The position numbers and the translations under genes were made by a program. The notes under the pieces were generated by a model that saw only the letters and a program-made list of their open reading frames with translations, was not told the origin of the DNA and did no database searches. A stretch of 61,793 nucleotides of DNA, counting the filler. It is 14 parts of 14 records of this genome, joined end to end, with 100 filler letters (N's around TTAATTAATTAA, not from the genome) between each part and the next. Parts side by side here need not be neighbours in the genome. Positions count along the whole stretch, not along the records: positions 33,746 to 36,751 come from SRR7504441_12885; positions 36,852 to 40,262 come from SRR7504441_12892; positions 40,363 to 45,959 come from SRR7504441_12901; 11 more parts are not named here. One strand, written 5' to 3'. Below are positions 33,746 through 46,059 of the stretch, piece by piece (the stretch's first letter is position 1; each line of letters starts with the position of its first letter).

Positions 33746-34411
33746 TCAGCCGCAAAGAAGCCCGCGGCGAAGAAGGCCACACCGGCCAAGAAGGCGGCCG
33801 ACCCGCAGCAGTTCGCGGAGGTGCTGATGGACACGTGCAAGACCGTGATGCTCTGCGCTAGGACCGAGCTGGAGGTGGACTGCACCAAGAAGTTCTGTGT
33901 CACAGAGAAGGAGGACTTCAGCGCAGCTGCCGCCGTGCTCAAGCTGCTGCCGGAGGAGGCGCGCACCCCTCTGATGAAGCTCGCCATGTACTACAGCAGG
34001 CTGTTTGACGAGGAGATCAACAGCTGGGATGGGGACGATGATGACACGGATGACGAGGAGGACGACGAGGAGGATGAGGATGACGACGCGGCCAAGACAG
34101 CCGCGATCATGGAGGAGTTTGTGGACTCGCTCGACGAGGACGACGACCACGATTACCTGTTCGGGCACATCATTGAGCGTGAGCACTTCTATGCGTTCAA
34201 GTCTCTGTTCACCAAGAAGGAGGCCGCTGACCTGATTCTCAGCTTCGGTGAGGGCGGCAAGCTTGGCAAGGCGCTGGCGGATGCGCTCGAGCACTGCGAT
34301 GACGATGATGACGATTTCGAAGATGATGAGGACGAGGAGGACGAGGAGGACGAGTTGGACGAGGAGGAGTGGGAGGAGGAGGACATCGACACGCCCTGGA
34401 AGGACGAGTAG
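33746..34411 (+). CDS. Highly acidic hypothetical protein, 5'-partial
   Basis: KKPAAKK stretch, then two Asp/Glu tracts; strong GC3 codon bias. Confidence 0.7.
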   Translation, partial: SAAKKPAAKKATPAKKAADPQQFAEVLMDTCKTVMLCARTELEVDCTKKFCVTEKEDFSAAAAVLKLLPEEARTPLMKLAMYYSRLFDEEINSWDGDDDDTDDEEDDEEDEDDDAAKTAAIMEEFVDSLDEDDDHDYLFGHIIEREHFYAFKSLFTKKEAADLILSFGEGGKLGKALADALEHCDDDDDDFEDDEDEEDEEDELDEEEWEEEDIDTPWKDE

Positions 34412-34643
34412 ACGGTGTGATAGATCCGCTTATACAATGATCACGCACCCGATTGACAAAGATAAATTAAAATTGATTCTACTTTTGCTCCATTGTGCAG
34501 CTAAGTAAACTGCTTTGCCGATCGTACGTAGGTCGTTACGTAGGTCGTACGACTAGCATTACGTATTGAATAGTGTGTGCAAAAGCGACGTTGCCTATAT
34601 TGTCTTTATTTTTGATTCATTTTTAATTCGTACACGTTTTACA

Positions 34644-35457
34644 TTACAGTATGTTGTACATGTGGGCCTGAGACCTAGGCCTAGGCCACAACCTCAGCAC
34701 TCGAACTCCGTGAGGAGGGACCACTAGCGTTAGATTCGGAAGGGACCACTTGCCCGCTTGCATCGTTAGATTCTTATGAAGCCACAAATCGCGTACACGA
34801 TAGTGGGAGTGGAGCGAGTCTCCGACATCCTCAGCGAGCCCAGGACTTGCCAAAGCCGCCGGGCCAAACGCCATACAACATGTTTGGATTGGTGCTGTTT
34901 GCTATCGCGCGGCCTATTAGAGCATACTCCATCTTCGTCTTGAGCGGATCGACGTAGCTTCGGCACCAATCAACCATCACGTGATCGCAACCTATCCGAG
35001 CGAAGAATGCCATGTCGACCATCTCGTACCCGAGACTCCCCGGTTCCCCACAGCAGTTGGTCTTTGCCGGCGAGGTGTAGCAGCCAAGCTTCATCTTGCG
35101 CGAGTGAAGCCATGTTGCAAAGCTGGCGATACCGTTGGGCCAGTACTCTTTGTTCTCCTGGAGCTCATGCGTCACTGGGTCTCGTCCTGTCCACCCGTTG
35201 CACACAACGTTCACCGTGTCATACCCAGCCTCGGCCATCCCAGTCGCGAGCAGCGCCTCTGCCATCTGACGCATGTTTGTCTCATTCACCATGTTCTCCG
35301 CACAGAAGGTGTTCCAGGAGTGCCAGTGCATCGGGGGGTAAGGAGCGATCTCTGCTGCTGGCATGGGTGGAGCTCCCGCTGCGAGGTTGCCGCGGATAAT
35401 AAGCATGATCATCAGAAGGGGCATCAACGACAACATCCTTATACCGCGCTGTATCAT
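34644..35457 (-). pseudogene. GH27 alpha-galactosidase-like gene, internally deleted and frameshifted near 34840 (or misassembled)
   Basis: PPMHWHSWNTF, GMAEAGY, WPNGI, HSRKMKLGCY, PGSLGYE..D, DHVMVDWC, then a stop at 34831. The C-terminal beta domain (VRDLW...VPPHGVRVLRL) follows directly in another frame; the second half of the barrel is absent. Confidence 0.65.
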
Positions 35458-35550
35458 CGGGTCACCGAGCACCCTCGCAGCACGCCCATCTATCACACCG
35501 TCTTTCACACGGACGTTTATTTTATTTATTTTTATTTTTAATTGGTGTTT

Positions 35551-36751
35551 TTACATTATGTTGTGGGTTGCTGACGCGACGGTGCTCCACTCGAGCTCAA
35601 ACTTAGCCGATGTGTTTCCCTGGGCCCACAGAGTACCGTTCAGGCCAGCACTCGCGCTGTAGAGTGCTGGATAGAACGCGCTGAGCGAGCTGGAACAGTT
35701 AGTAGCAAACACCTCCACAAGCCCGTTATCCAGCCAGAGCTCAGCATCGACCTCGACTGCCCACGGGCCACCCGGATGTTGGGTGCCCGCGCTTCTGATT
35801 GGAGCGCAGCCCTGCCGCGGGGAAACGGTGACACACGTGCCCTGCGAGCTCACAACGAAGCTAAGCGCCAGCTCTGCCAGTCCAAATGTGCCGGCTGAGT
35901 TAGGCCCTGCGACCAAATTGATCCCAAAGCTCGCAGGGACTGTGGCCCCCGATGCCTGCGCCGACACCCGGAGCGTAGCCTGCTGCGCGACCGGCTGTGG
36001 CAGCGGGGCCGGGGCAGTCAGGGTAGCTTGGGTCGTGCTCGAGCCCACGATGAGCGCTTCAAGCTCGGGCGCCGGCTGTACTGTCAAAGCCCCGGCCGCG
36101 GTCAGGCCCAGCTCGCGTGGCAGGCTCTGGGCACCAACGAAGCTCGACCGGTCGCTCACCCCGCGCAGCCAGGAGAACAGCACCAGCCGGCCGGGCAAGC
36201 TGCTGGTCATTTCTGCTGCGTAGCCAATCCCGTACTCAAGCTGGCCACGCTGGCCAGTTGGACTGAAAGAGCCGTTGGCAGCCTGGACGCCACTGGCCCA
36301 CCACTGGGCGTACCCGCGGGCCGGGAGTGAGTACACTAGCAGGGCCTGGCTGTGGTTGAGTGGGGCGTAGCTGGGGCACTCGAGCCGGTTGGAGTCGGGC
36401 CTCTCGGCGGTGTACAAGGCGCCTGCAAACCGCCAGCCCGAGAGCAGATCGCCGTCACTCTCGTACTGGAGCAGCGCCGGCGGGGTGCCTTTGGCGAACA
36501 CGCCAGAGGTGATCAGTCGGTAGACACCCCGCTGCGGGTCGTGGAAAGCATGGACGTCGGCGGTGGCCAGCAAGCCGGGCAGATTGGGCGGGCTGGGGAG
36601 CTTGACGAGCCCGGCCTGGCGCCACGTGGTCAGGTTCTGGTCGGAGGAGACCCAAAGCTCCGGGGCGAACGGCCGGGCGCTGGCGGTGAAGATGGCCACC
36701 CTCCCGCCGAGCTTGGCCCTGGGCTGGCTGCCGGCCGGGAGGGCCACGGCA
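35551..36751 (-). CDS. GH32 beta-fructofuranosidase-like protein, 5'-partial
   Basis: LECP (acid/base motif), LEYGIGYAA, RLVLFSWL, GAQSLPREL, QPAPELEAL, LDNGLVEVF. Confidence 0.8.
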
Positions 36752-37168
36752 NNNNNNNNNNNNNNNNNNNNNNNNNNNNNNNNNNNNNNNNNNNNTTAAT
36801 TAATTAANNNNNNNNNNNNNNNNNNNNNNNNNNNNNNNNNNNNNNNNNNNNGTGTCCATACCGGTGTAGGGCGTAGACCTATGGAGTGTGTGGGCACTAC
36901 CCACTACAGTCTCAGTTTACATGTAAAAAATTTATGGTCATGATCAATTCATTTGATGATCTTTACGTAGTTGTTTTAAGTTAGATAAGTTACAGTAGAT
37001 ATAAGGTAGATTTGAAATAAAAAATTGTACTTTTTTAACATGTGGGTCTAAAATCTCTGAATTAAATCCCTATAGCTAGTACGGTGCCAGCAGACACTAG
37101 CATTGTTAGCTGACAATGTTAGCTGGATGACATCATTGTACTATACAATATTGCAGCCGGGTGCTTAA

Positions 37169-40100
37169 CTAACTGCTCGTACTTTTGGTTACAGCTTGTT
37201 CTTTGTACCCATTAGCCTTCCATTCAGCGTAAAAGGCATGATTCTCTGGCGAGTTCAACCGCAATCGGATATGGGGCAACCCCTTGTCGCGCAAGCTGTC
37301 GATTTCGAGCAAGGGGGTGAGGTCTGGCAGCGATTCGAGGGCAAAGTTGTCTTCGATATACAACATAGCAAGCTTGCATACAGGCAGCGCGGGAAGCCGC
37401 TTCAGACTGGAGCAGCCTCGACAGAAGAAGCACAGCAGCTGAATGTTGGTTGTAAGGTCGGGGATGGCAGTGAGCGCAGGACAGCGATGAATATCCAGCC
37501 ACTCCAGGCAGCTCAGCACTGAAAGATCCGGCAGACTAGCCAGGACCGGGCAATTTCCTAATTCAAGCGTCCGCAGCTTGGTCAGGCTCGACAGCCTAGG
37601 GAACGCAACCAGAGGTAAGCCATCCAAAATGCTATCGAATCGCAACTCGGCCAAGCTGTCGGGCAACGACGCTTGAATCCGTTCAAATGTCTCTGGCGTA
37701 AAGGCGACCCCTGTATTAAAGGCGACTTGAATGGTAGTCAGGCGAGCGGCCGGATGAGCCAAAGCGGCGAGCGCGTCATCAAGCACTTGGCCTCCTTGCA
37801 TTACCGCAGCCTTCAGCGAGGCCGCAGCAACCTGGCCGCCACAATTGGCCGACTCAAAGCCAGTGTACCACACCTGGCTATTGAGCAATCCATTCATCAA
37901 GTCGAAACTCTCGTGCTCAGATGGAGGCGTGTCCTCGAGCGGTAGTCCGGCGATCGCATTCAAACTGCCACACAATCAAGACACACTCTGTCACGTGGGA
38001 GGCTGTACATGTGCTTTTTGTCGCTTTCCACCGATGCGTTGCCATTCTGGAGCCTCGCAGACAGCCCGGCCGATAGCACCGCGTCCGGAAAGTGCCCTTC
38101 GCGATCCCCTTGTCCACTCATCCCAGTCCCGTCGCATCTTCCATCGGGATCCACTGGCCCGTCTGTGATACCGACGGCGTGCTTGACTTCACTACAGCTC
38201 AGCTCGTCGCCGTAATAGTGATGCTCCTGCATACGCAGCATTGGCACAAGAGCTCAGCACAGCGCACCATGTGCTCGAATGCGGTGTACATGTCGAATGT
38301 GAAGCCGCCGGCGTTAGATGTCTCTTCGAAGCTCGAGACCTCCATGTATTGGTCCTGCCGGAGGCGTTGGAAGAAGCTCTCTTCGGGCTCCCAGGGGCTC
38401 AGCCCGGCCGCAGCCAGAGCCTCTTTCCGTGCCTGGACTGCTACGGCGTTCTGGGCCAGCCATTCTCGCTCCCTGTTGCCCGAATGAGCAGGGTCGGCGT
38501 GCTTGAACGATAAAGCAACGGATATCTCGTAGCAGCACCAGATCCTAGTGAAGTAGCAGCCTTTCGAGTCGATGACCGAGACCATTCCTCGCGACATGCG
38601 CAGCGCCCGATGGAACGACGACTCGGCCGGATCAAACGTGACATCGTCGCCCAAATTCCACTGCCTGTTTGCGTATGCGCAAACCCTACAAACAAGCCAC
38701 ATCAGACCGCCCAGTTGCTAGCTGCCCACCAGAAGTGCGCAAGGTCCCCGTCGGCTCCTTGGTCGAACGTACGTGAGCCGTCGTCGAGCTCGAGCCACTT
38801 TGCTGTGCGGCCGCCGCCGTGCCCTCGGTCGCGGGTGTGTTGCACCAGACACGCCACAAAGTCGGCAACTGGCTCTGCCCAGAACTGCAAACCAAACTGT
38901 CAGGCCGTGCGTCTGAGGGGGGGCACGTGGCTGACAAAGTAGTCTGGGGGCTGGCTGGCCGAGGCGACCATCTCTACATAGCTTGGCTTGGCATCCCATG
39001 CCTTGCCCTTCTGATCCGACCACGCGATTAGCTCTGCGGTGTGCGTGACTGGTAGGATCACGTGCGATGCTAGATCATATAAGTTGACATCCTTAGGCGC
39101 TAGCCTCACGTACTGCCAAACACCATCAATCGGCCTCTTGCCCAGCCACTGTTCCTTCCGACAACGGAATTGCACGTGAGCGAGCACATTCTTGAGCTGC
39201 GCAAGTGAGATGGCCCGCTCCTCTGTCTTGGGGATGGCGACGGGCAACGGGTTGACCAGCGACGAGAACACGTCTTCACCCGCAGGTGGAGGCCGGAGCG
39301 CCATCATTCTCACTATGGGAGGGAGGCCGTTGGCGTGCTCCAGCACAGCAGTGAGCAGCTCTTCTTCGGTTACAATTCCATCCTTGTTGGAGTCGAGCCC
39401 AGCCATTAAGTCCGCCACCTCCTCTTCATTGCACCAGACGTCTCTCGCGAGCATATACTTTTTGAAGTCGTTCAGTGTGATCTGACCGTCGGTGCTGAGT
39501 GCAGCTACGATGTGCGTTGCCATTTCGGGACTGATGGCCTCGACTGTATTCGCCAGGGCGGCACGCGGGGTCGCTAGCACCATTGTGTACTCTCGACAGC
39601 AGCTCACCGACATCACTCTATGGCCTGGCAACGTGCAGCTGCAGTTCGCTGCTTCAGCCGGTTGCTGGTTGGGGAGCAGATTGCCCAGCTGGCCCTGATC
39701 GTTGTTGCCACACATATGCAGCTCCGCACTCGCCTCGGAAGAGATGGCCATATGCTCCGGGCCGCACCAGATACCGTTAGCGTAGCTCATTTCTAGACAC
39801 ATCCCAGCCTCAAAGCTTGTCACGGGTTCGGTCCGGTCAGTCAGCGCCCTGGTGACCTCCCCGCTGCCACACACATACACCCCGCCCTTTGACGTCATAC
39901 AGGCCGAGTACGTCAGCCCACATCCGATCTGTGTCACGAAATCACCCGCATCCAACGGATAATCCGCCGAAGCTGGGAGCAATCGCCGCTCAGTTGGTAC
40001 CAGGCAAGGCTCCCTGCTGCCGTTGCCCAGTTGCCCGTGCTCGTTGGCCCCCCACGAGTACACAGCCCCTCGCGAGCTAAGCGCCAGCACGTGCGTGGGG

Positions 40101-40262
40101 CCGCACTCGACTTGGATGATTCTGAGCCCAAACAGGCCATCGACCGGCCGCGGACAGGCTCGGGTCTCTTCGTTGCCATGCCCAAGCATCCCGTGCGCTC
40201 CGCTCCCACATGTCATGAGTTGGCCGGAATTGCTCAGCGCAACAGTCATCCGGGGGAAGCAC
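37169..40262 (-). CDS. RCC1 repeats - EF-hand - HET/TIR-like domain - LRR protein, 5'-partial, several introns
   Basis: RCC1 repeats (YSWGANEHGQLG), EF-hand DSNKDGIVTEEE, YFVSH|FWAEPV, FW|VCAYANRQ, YFTRIWCCYE, and C-terminal LRRs (LRTLELGNCPVLASLPDL). Confidence 0.8.
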
Positions 40263-40642
40263 NNNNNNNNNNNNNNNNNNNNNNNNNNNNNNNNNNNNNN
40301 NNNNNNTTAATTAATTAANNNNNNNNNNNNNNNNNNNNNNNNNNNNNNNNNNNNNNNNNNNNGTCCAGGTTTGCAAGACACTCACTCGAAGGACCCGATC
40401 TGCCAGGCAGTTCTGAACTTCCTAAACTTAGCTGCGTTTTAAGGACAAGCGTTTAGAACAGAACGAGCTATTTTGTATGTTGAAACTCAGTTTGATCAAT
40501 CGATTTCTAAATTTTGAGTAGATCACTCAATTATAGCTTTTAGAGTTTAGTTAATAGACGGTTGGGACCTCAAAGCTGAAAGCTCAGCTCACTAGCTATC
40601 AGTAACCGGATACTTGGTGGACAATACTCGTGGCCCGTGAAC

Positions 40643-41545
40643 TCAGGCCTTTGCCGCCTTCGTGCTCTGGTTATAGCGACGCTTGTAGAAGACGTAGAAG
40701 AGGTAAAAGTAGCTAGCGTACATGACCATCGTGCTGGCATTCATCAGGCCCATGTACTGGCCACGGCAAATGACCCCGGGCACGCACTGGCTGTCGAGCA
40801 TGACCAACGCCATCGAGCTCAAGCTCCAGACCAGCCCAAACGCCATCTGGGCCAGCTGAATCTGGGTCACATACCTTGCAAATGCCACCTTCACTCCCTT
40901 TGAGGCGCAGTAGTAATAGTAGTACATTATGCTGTGCACCAGGGCATTGGCCAGTCCAAAGGGCACGGTCGGGCACTGGATCTGGCAGGAGAGCCAGCAG
41001 TAGAGCAGCACCGAAATGTGGTGGTACCAGTGCAGGAAAGGTATGTCCCGGCCGCGAGCCACCAGGAAACAGGTGTCCACCAACTCCACCAGCTTGCTCA
41101 GCCCAAACCCGATGTACCACATCCCCAGCAACGGGTCGTGCAGGTCGCCGTCACAAAACGGGGCTCGCCAACCCGTCTGGAGCAGCCGGAGAGCCCCGCG
41201 CGCGACCCCGCCCAAAAAGAGGGCCGAGAGGCCGGTCATCGCCATATTCCACAGCGTGAGCAGCAGCCCGACGAGCGCGCCCGGGGCGTTGGCCCGCTCG
41301 GCGGCCCGGGCCTTGGCCGCGGCCGGCCGCAGGTGCAGGTGCCAGTGGACCATGGCGTAGTAGGCGGCCACGCACACGAACGGCACCCAGTTGGGCAGCA
41401 GGTAGTAAAGTTCGATGGCCCGGCCGCAGGCCTCCGGGCCGAGGGTGCGCTCGACCGCGATGCTCGCCACCGTGCCCAGAGAGATCCAGCTCACCAGGTT
41501 CTTGGCCGACTGGCTGAGCGACTCGGCGTGCGTCCGGGCCGCCAT
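40643..41545 (-). CDS. Very-long-chain fatty acid elongase (ELO/GNS1 family)
   Basis: SKLVELVDT, FLHWYHH, NALVHSIMYYYY, TQIQLAQM, MYASYFYLF. Confidence 0.93.
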   Translation of the reverse strand: MAARTHAESLSQSAKNLVSWISLGTVASIAVERTLGPEACGRAIELYYLLPNWVPFVCVAAYYAMVHWHLHLRPAAAKARAAERANAPGALVGLLLTLWNMAMTGLSALFLGGVARGALRLLQTGWRAPFCDGDLHDPLLGMWYIGFGLSKLVELVDTCFLVARGRDIPFLHWYHHISVLLYCWLSCQIQCPTVPFGLANALVHSIMYYYYYCASKGVKVAFARYVTQIQLAQMAFGLVWSLSSMALVMLDSQCVPGVICRGQYMGLMNASTMVMYASYFYLFYVFYKRRYNQSTKAAKA

Positions 41546-41669
41546 CGTCTCACCAGCGCGTGGAGCCTCCCGACCGGAGACGCTCGGTGTTGATCGCTGT
41601 CCGTTGGAAACTTGAACTGGCAGCCGCAGCACCGGACAGTAGACGCCGACCCTCGACGCTCGATCGGGG

Positions 41670-44600
41670 ATGCGCTCGGCCGGCCAGCAGTCTCCCCGGA
41701 CGGCCCGGACGGCCGAGTCGAACTTTGCCCGAGACCGCCGGAGCAATGTGGACGGGCTCGTGGAGCGGCTGGTCCTCTCGTTCGGGATCGAGCGGTGCTG
41801 CCCGGCCCGTCCGCCGCTGAGTGGCGGGGGGCAGCGACAGCGAGAACTTCGAGATCGCGGAGGAGTTCGTGCAGGGCAACCTGAGCCAGCACACGTTCAT
41901 GGCCAGTGACCGGCACGCGATCGTGAGCACCTATCAGGGGCTGATCGCAAACCTGCGCGCGCACAGCCAGCGGAACAAGGCCGGGGCGCTGCGACGGATG
42001 TACGAGCAGGTGCTCAGCCGGCAGCCAGAGAGCGACAATTTCGACCTGCACGAGGACATCCTGCGGCTCCTAGTCGAGGTGCGCGGTCGGGCGGCCGCTG
42101 GCGAGCAGGCGCCTGGGCAGCTGGCGCAGTCACCGCTGCGGACGCACTACCAGCCGTCGTCTGCCGAGGTGCCGCGACGGGCGGTGCGCAGGCGATCGGT
42201 TGGTGGGGCAGCTGGGGGGCGACGGCGGGCTGGCGGCGGACGAGGAGCAGGGCCAGGAGAAGGTGGTTCGACGCACTGGCTGCTGCTAATCTGTTCGAGC
42301 AGGAGTGCACCGTGCTGAGTGCCTGGCTGGGGGACTACTTGGACGACTACGACACAGACGAGGAGCAGGAGGACGGCTCGAGGTCGTCTGGCTGCCCGCT
42401 GCATGGGGCGACGCCGGACAGCTCCGACGATGCTGAGTCGACTGAAGATCAGCCGGGCTCGCTGCCACCAAGCACAAAGCAGGTCGGCCCAGCGCCAGTC
42501 CTGCTGGATGCTGATCTGGCCCACAGATCCGGACGCTGCCAGCGTCCTGGCTGGAGGTGCCTGCGCTGGTTGAGTACCCTGCAGTCAAGCTAGGTAGCAC
42601 CGGGCTCGCCAGCGAGGCCGTGAGTGTGTCGGGAAGGCGCCAGCTGCCAGGACAACGAGTTCGACCTGCACAAGCCGTGCACGCTGAGCGCCACCTACCA
42701 CCAGTGGCTGGCGGAGCACACGCTATTCGAGACGGCGACTGAGCTGAATTTGATTCCTGAGGAGGAGATTGTTCAAGAGGCGAGACAGCTTGCCTTCCGG
42801 GCGCTGATGGAGATGCAGGCGCTGTGGGCTCTGCACGGCATCGGGGGCCAGATTTTCAAATTGACTGCCGACGACAATGATAGCTTCCAGTTTAAGATCA
42901 GTATTCGAGGTGCCGATCCCAGCCGGCTATCAGCTGACACTGCTTCCGCTCCAGTTGCAGTGTCGCACCTGACCCAATCGGCGCTGCACAACATTCTATC
43001 GAGGATTGCCGAGACCTCCACTGTGCTGGCTCGTATCATGCACAGAATCGAGGGCGTGACTGCTCACAAGTGCGCCCATCTTCGAACGCCGGCTCAGTTT
43101 GGGTGCAGCAAACGCTCGTGCAACACTGTCGACGCTTTCAAGGCGTCTGCAATGGGACTGCTCCGGGAGTTCCACTGCGAAGCCAGCAAGCTATGCGGTG
43201 CGCTCCCCCTGCTGCTGTGTCAGGCCCGCTGTTGATGGCTCAGCTGGCTGTTGCAGAGAATGCCACTTTGCTTCAACTAGTGCACTGGTTGGAAGAGGAT
43301 CCTTGCGTCCCCTATCTTATACACGAAGTTCTAGTCAAAGCCGACCTACTCGCCATCGACATGGTATCACGCCGGCCCTGCCGAGAGCTCAATGCCAGGG
43401 CGCAGGCAAAGCAGCCACGGGCATCGATGCCTCTAATTGCTGCACGACTGCTGTCCTCACTCTACACCCTCGCTGCAGACGAATCCATGCTCTGCCACCG
43501 ACCGGTGCGCCGACGTGTGCTGGTGACTTTCGCGTGTAAAACTAGTGCGCCTAAGTGGGTTGGCTGCAGCTGCAGCTCTTTGCAGACACGGTGAGCCCTT
43601 ACACGGTGATGCTGGAGCATTGGTTGCACCTGGGGCAAGTGCAAGACCCGAAGGGCGAGTTCATGGTACTCGAGCAGAATTCAAACATTGATGCGATCAC
43701 AGCTTCACTCGACCACTGGTCGCTGCGGCAACCTAGTCCAACCAAAGCTGCTGTTGCTGACGACTCGTTGGAGGAAGAGTTGTACCAGCCAACTGCTGCA
43801 GTGGCCGACAAAGACAACCCAGCTGTGCCATGCTTCCTCCAATCAGTAGCGCGGGAAATTCTGATGACAGGCAAAGCCGTGCAGTTGCTACATGTAATGG
43901 GGTTGTCTGTGGCCTCCGAGCTTTCTAGGATCTCCCAGAACCGGCTCGAGTCTGCCAGGCAAGTGCTGGCTGAAGCACAGCGCAAGCAGAAGATGGAGTT
44001 GACAATACAGCGCACCATGTCGCGAGAGCGGCTGCAGCATGCTTCCATAGTCTTAAAGCTTCAAAAGGCAGAAGCTCTCCATCAAAGAGTGATAGAAAAC
44101 TCGCCGATGCCCAAACAGTCTCTTCAAGTGAAGCTGTGGCAAGGGATTCTCGAGTCTCAGAAGCAGCAGTGGCCGGAAACAACTGATAACGCTAGCCAAC
44201 TCGAACTGGCTCAAAGCAAAGATCTGCTCTGCGACCTGTCGGCTGTGATGCCTGAAGCGCTGGTCGAACGCCGTGGGCACCAGAGTACGGGACTGATCAA
44301 AGAGCCCGCATGCTGGCTCACGACAAAGGCTAATGCAACCCCGCTGACTGCTGCATATTTTGCTGCGGTGGCATTCGACGAGACTGATCACATCAGAACA
44401 GCAAAGCACAAGACGTGCACCGCTGCGGAATTTGAGCAGGCTGCTTGTAATGAGTTATGCACACCGCTCGACAGCACGCTCGAGGTGCACCTGTTAGAAC
44501 ACATCAAAATCCAGCACGAGCTGATGAGTGCAGCGGTGATCTGATTGATTGGCGGCGTCATTATGTGTCTCGTACAGGTGCTGCGGGTGCTTATGGAAGA

Positions 44601-45835
44601 TTGCAACTTGATGGATCACCTCTCCGCCCTGAGGGCATTCTACTTCCTGGCGCAGGTGCCTTCTGTAGGCTGCACTGTGCTCACTGTGCGACAGGGCGAC
44701 GCCATCCATGACTTTACTACAGCGCTGTTCTTCAAATTAGAAGACAATGGGCACATTGGCAGCTCGTACGAGGTCAACATGCTCCTGCAGCAATCGCTTC
44801 TCACCTCCAAGACGTAGCACCTGCATGCCTGTCGATTATCTTATCTGGGTTTGTCTGTGCAGGTTCGGAGTGTCACTTGTCTCATGTGAACTTGAGGACG
44901 AAGCTCAAACAGGCAGCGGGGTGGACGCCCTAGCCCCAATTAAGCTCAAGTACGCCAACCATGTGCGCATCTGACAAATCTGTTTCCAGCTACAGCGCTG
45001 AATGGCCGCTGAATCTAGTGATTACTCAGTCATGCCTTGTCAAATATAACCGCATCTTTGTCTTCATCCTGCAGGTGCCCCGGCGCCCTGTGCGGCAGGC
45101 CTGCTCACTGTGCACTCTGAGCAGATCAAGCGAGCGCTCTTCTGTTTGAACCAGCTTTTCGACTGGTCCAAGACGACGCCCTTGGTTGGTTCGCATGCAG
45201 CCCAGCTGTTTCAGGTCATGCTGCCCGTGTCTTAGACTGTGTCTGTCGAATGTCGACTGTTTGTCAGAGACCTGAGTTTTGCGCGTCGTTTGCAGGCGGA
45301 ACTGAGGAATTTTGTGACCGCGCTGAACCACTATGTAATGACTCGCGTGGTGGAAACAATCTGGACAGACCACCAGGAGCAAGTTGCAGCTGCACCAGAC
45401 GTGTCGCAGCTGGCAGCGTTACACTCGTGGTACGTGGATAGCGTCCTACGATGTTGCCTCCTCAGCCCAGATGGCAGCCAGACAAGGGTAATGGAGTTTT
45501 TGCTGGGGATACTGAGCCTCGTGCTCGACTTCTCTGCGATGTATAAGGAATACCTGGAGGCAATCGGTGTCCTGCGGAAGGATTTTGGTGTCAAGGAGAC
45601 TAGCGGGTACTTTGATGAGCCAGAGGAGGCACCGCAGACGACACTTAGAGACAGAGACCGCCATCGGCTAAGCAAGGAGCTGTCGGCATCTCTGGAGGGA
45701 CTGAAGGCCAGTTTCAGACAAAAGCATCGATTGTTGCTCCTAATTTTACAGAAGAAGATTGAGAAAGGCAAGTATTTGTTCTTGGAAGATTTATACACCC
45801 GACTAAACTTCAACGACTTCTACGAACAGAACTAA
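41670..45835 (+). CDS. TUBGCP5: Gamma-tubulin complex component 5-like, many short introns
   Basis: N-terminal ENFEIAEEFVQGNLSQHTF...ILRLLVELAQSP; IVQE|ALWALHG; VSHLT; DPKGEFMV; VPCFLQSVAREILMTGKA; WPLNLVI; YTRLNFNDFY. Confidence 0.85.
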
Positions 45836-46059
45836 TGAATAAATGCACATGTGCAGATTAATTGTGCTCGCTTATGACAAGTTTTACTAAGTTTTACTAA
45901 CTTGCCTATTTACACACACGCGCGAATGGTTAGAAATCGTTCTCGAGTGTAGTTCTCCCNNNNNNNNNNNNNNNNNNNNNNNNNNNNNNNNNNNNNNNNN
46001 NNNTTAATTAATTAANNNNNNNNNNNNNNNNNNNNNNNNNNNNNNNNNNNNNNNNNNNN

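Noticed and set aside
40643-41746. ELOVL start at 41746 overlapping GCP5
   Set aside because: Non-ATG start. ATG 41545 gives a typical 300-aa elongase and leaves a 124-nt divergent spacer.
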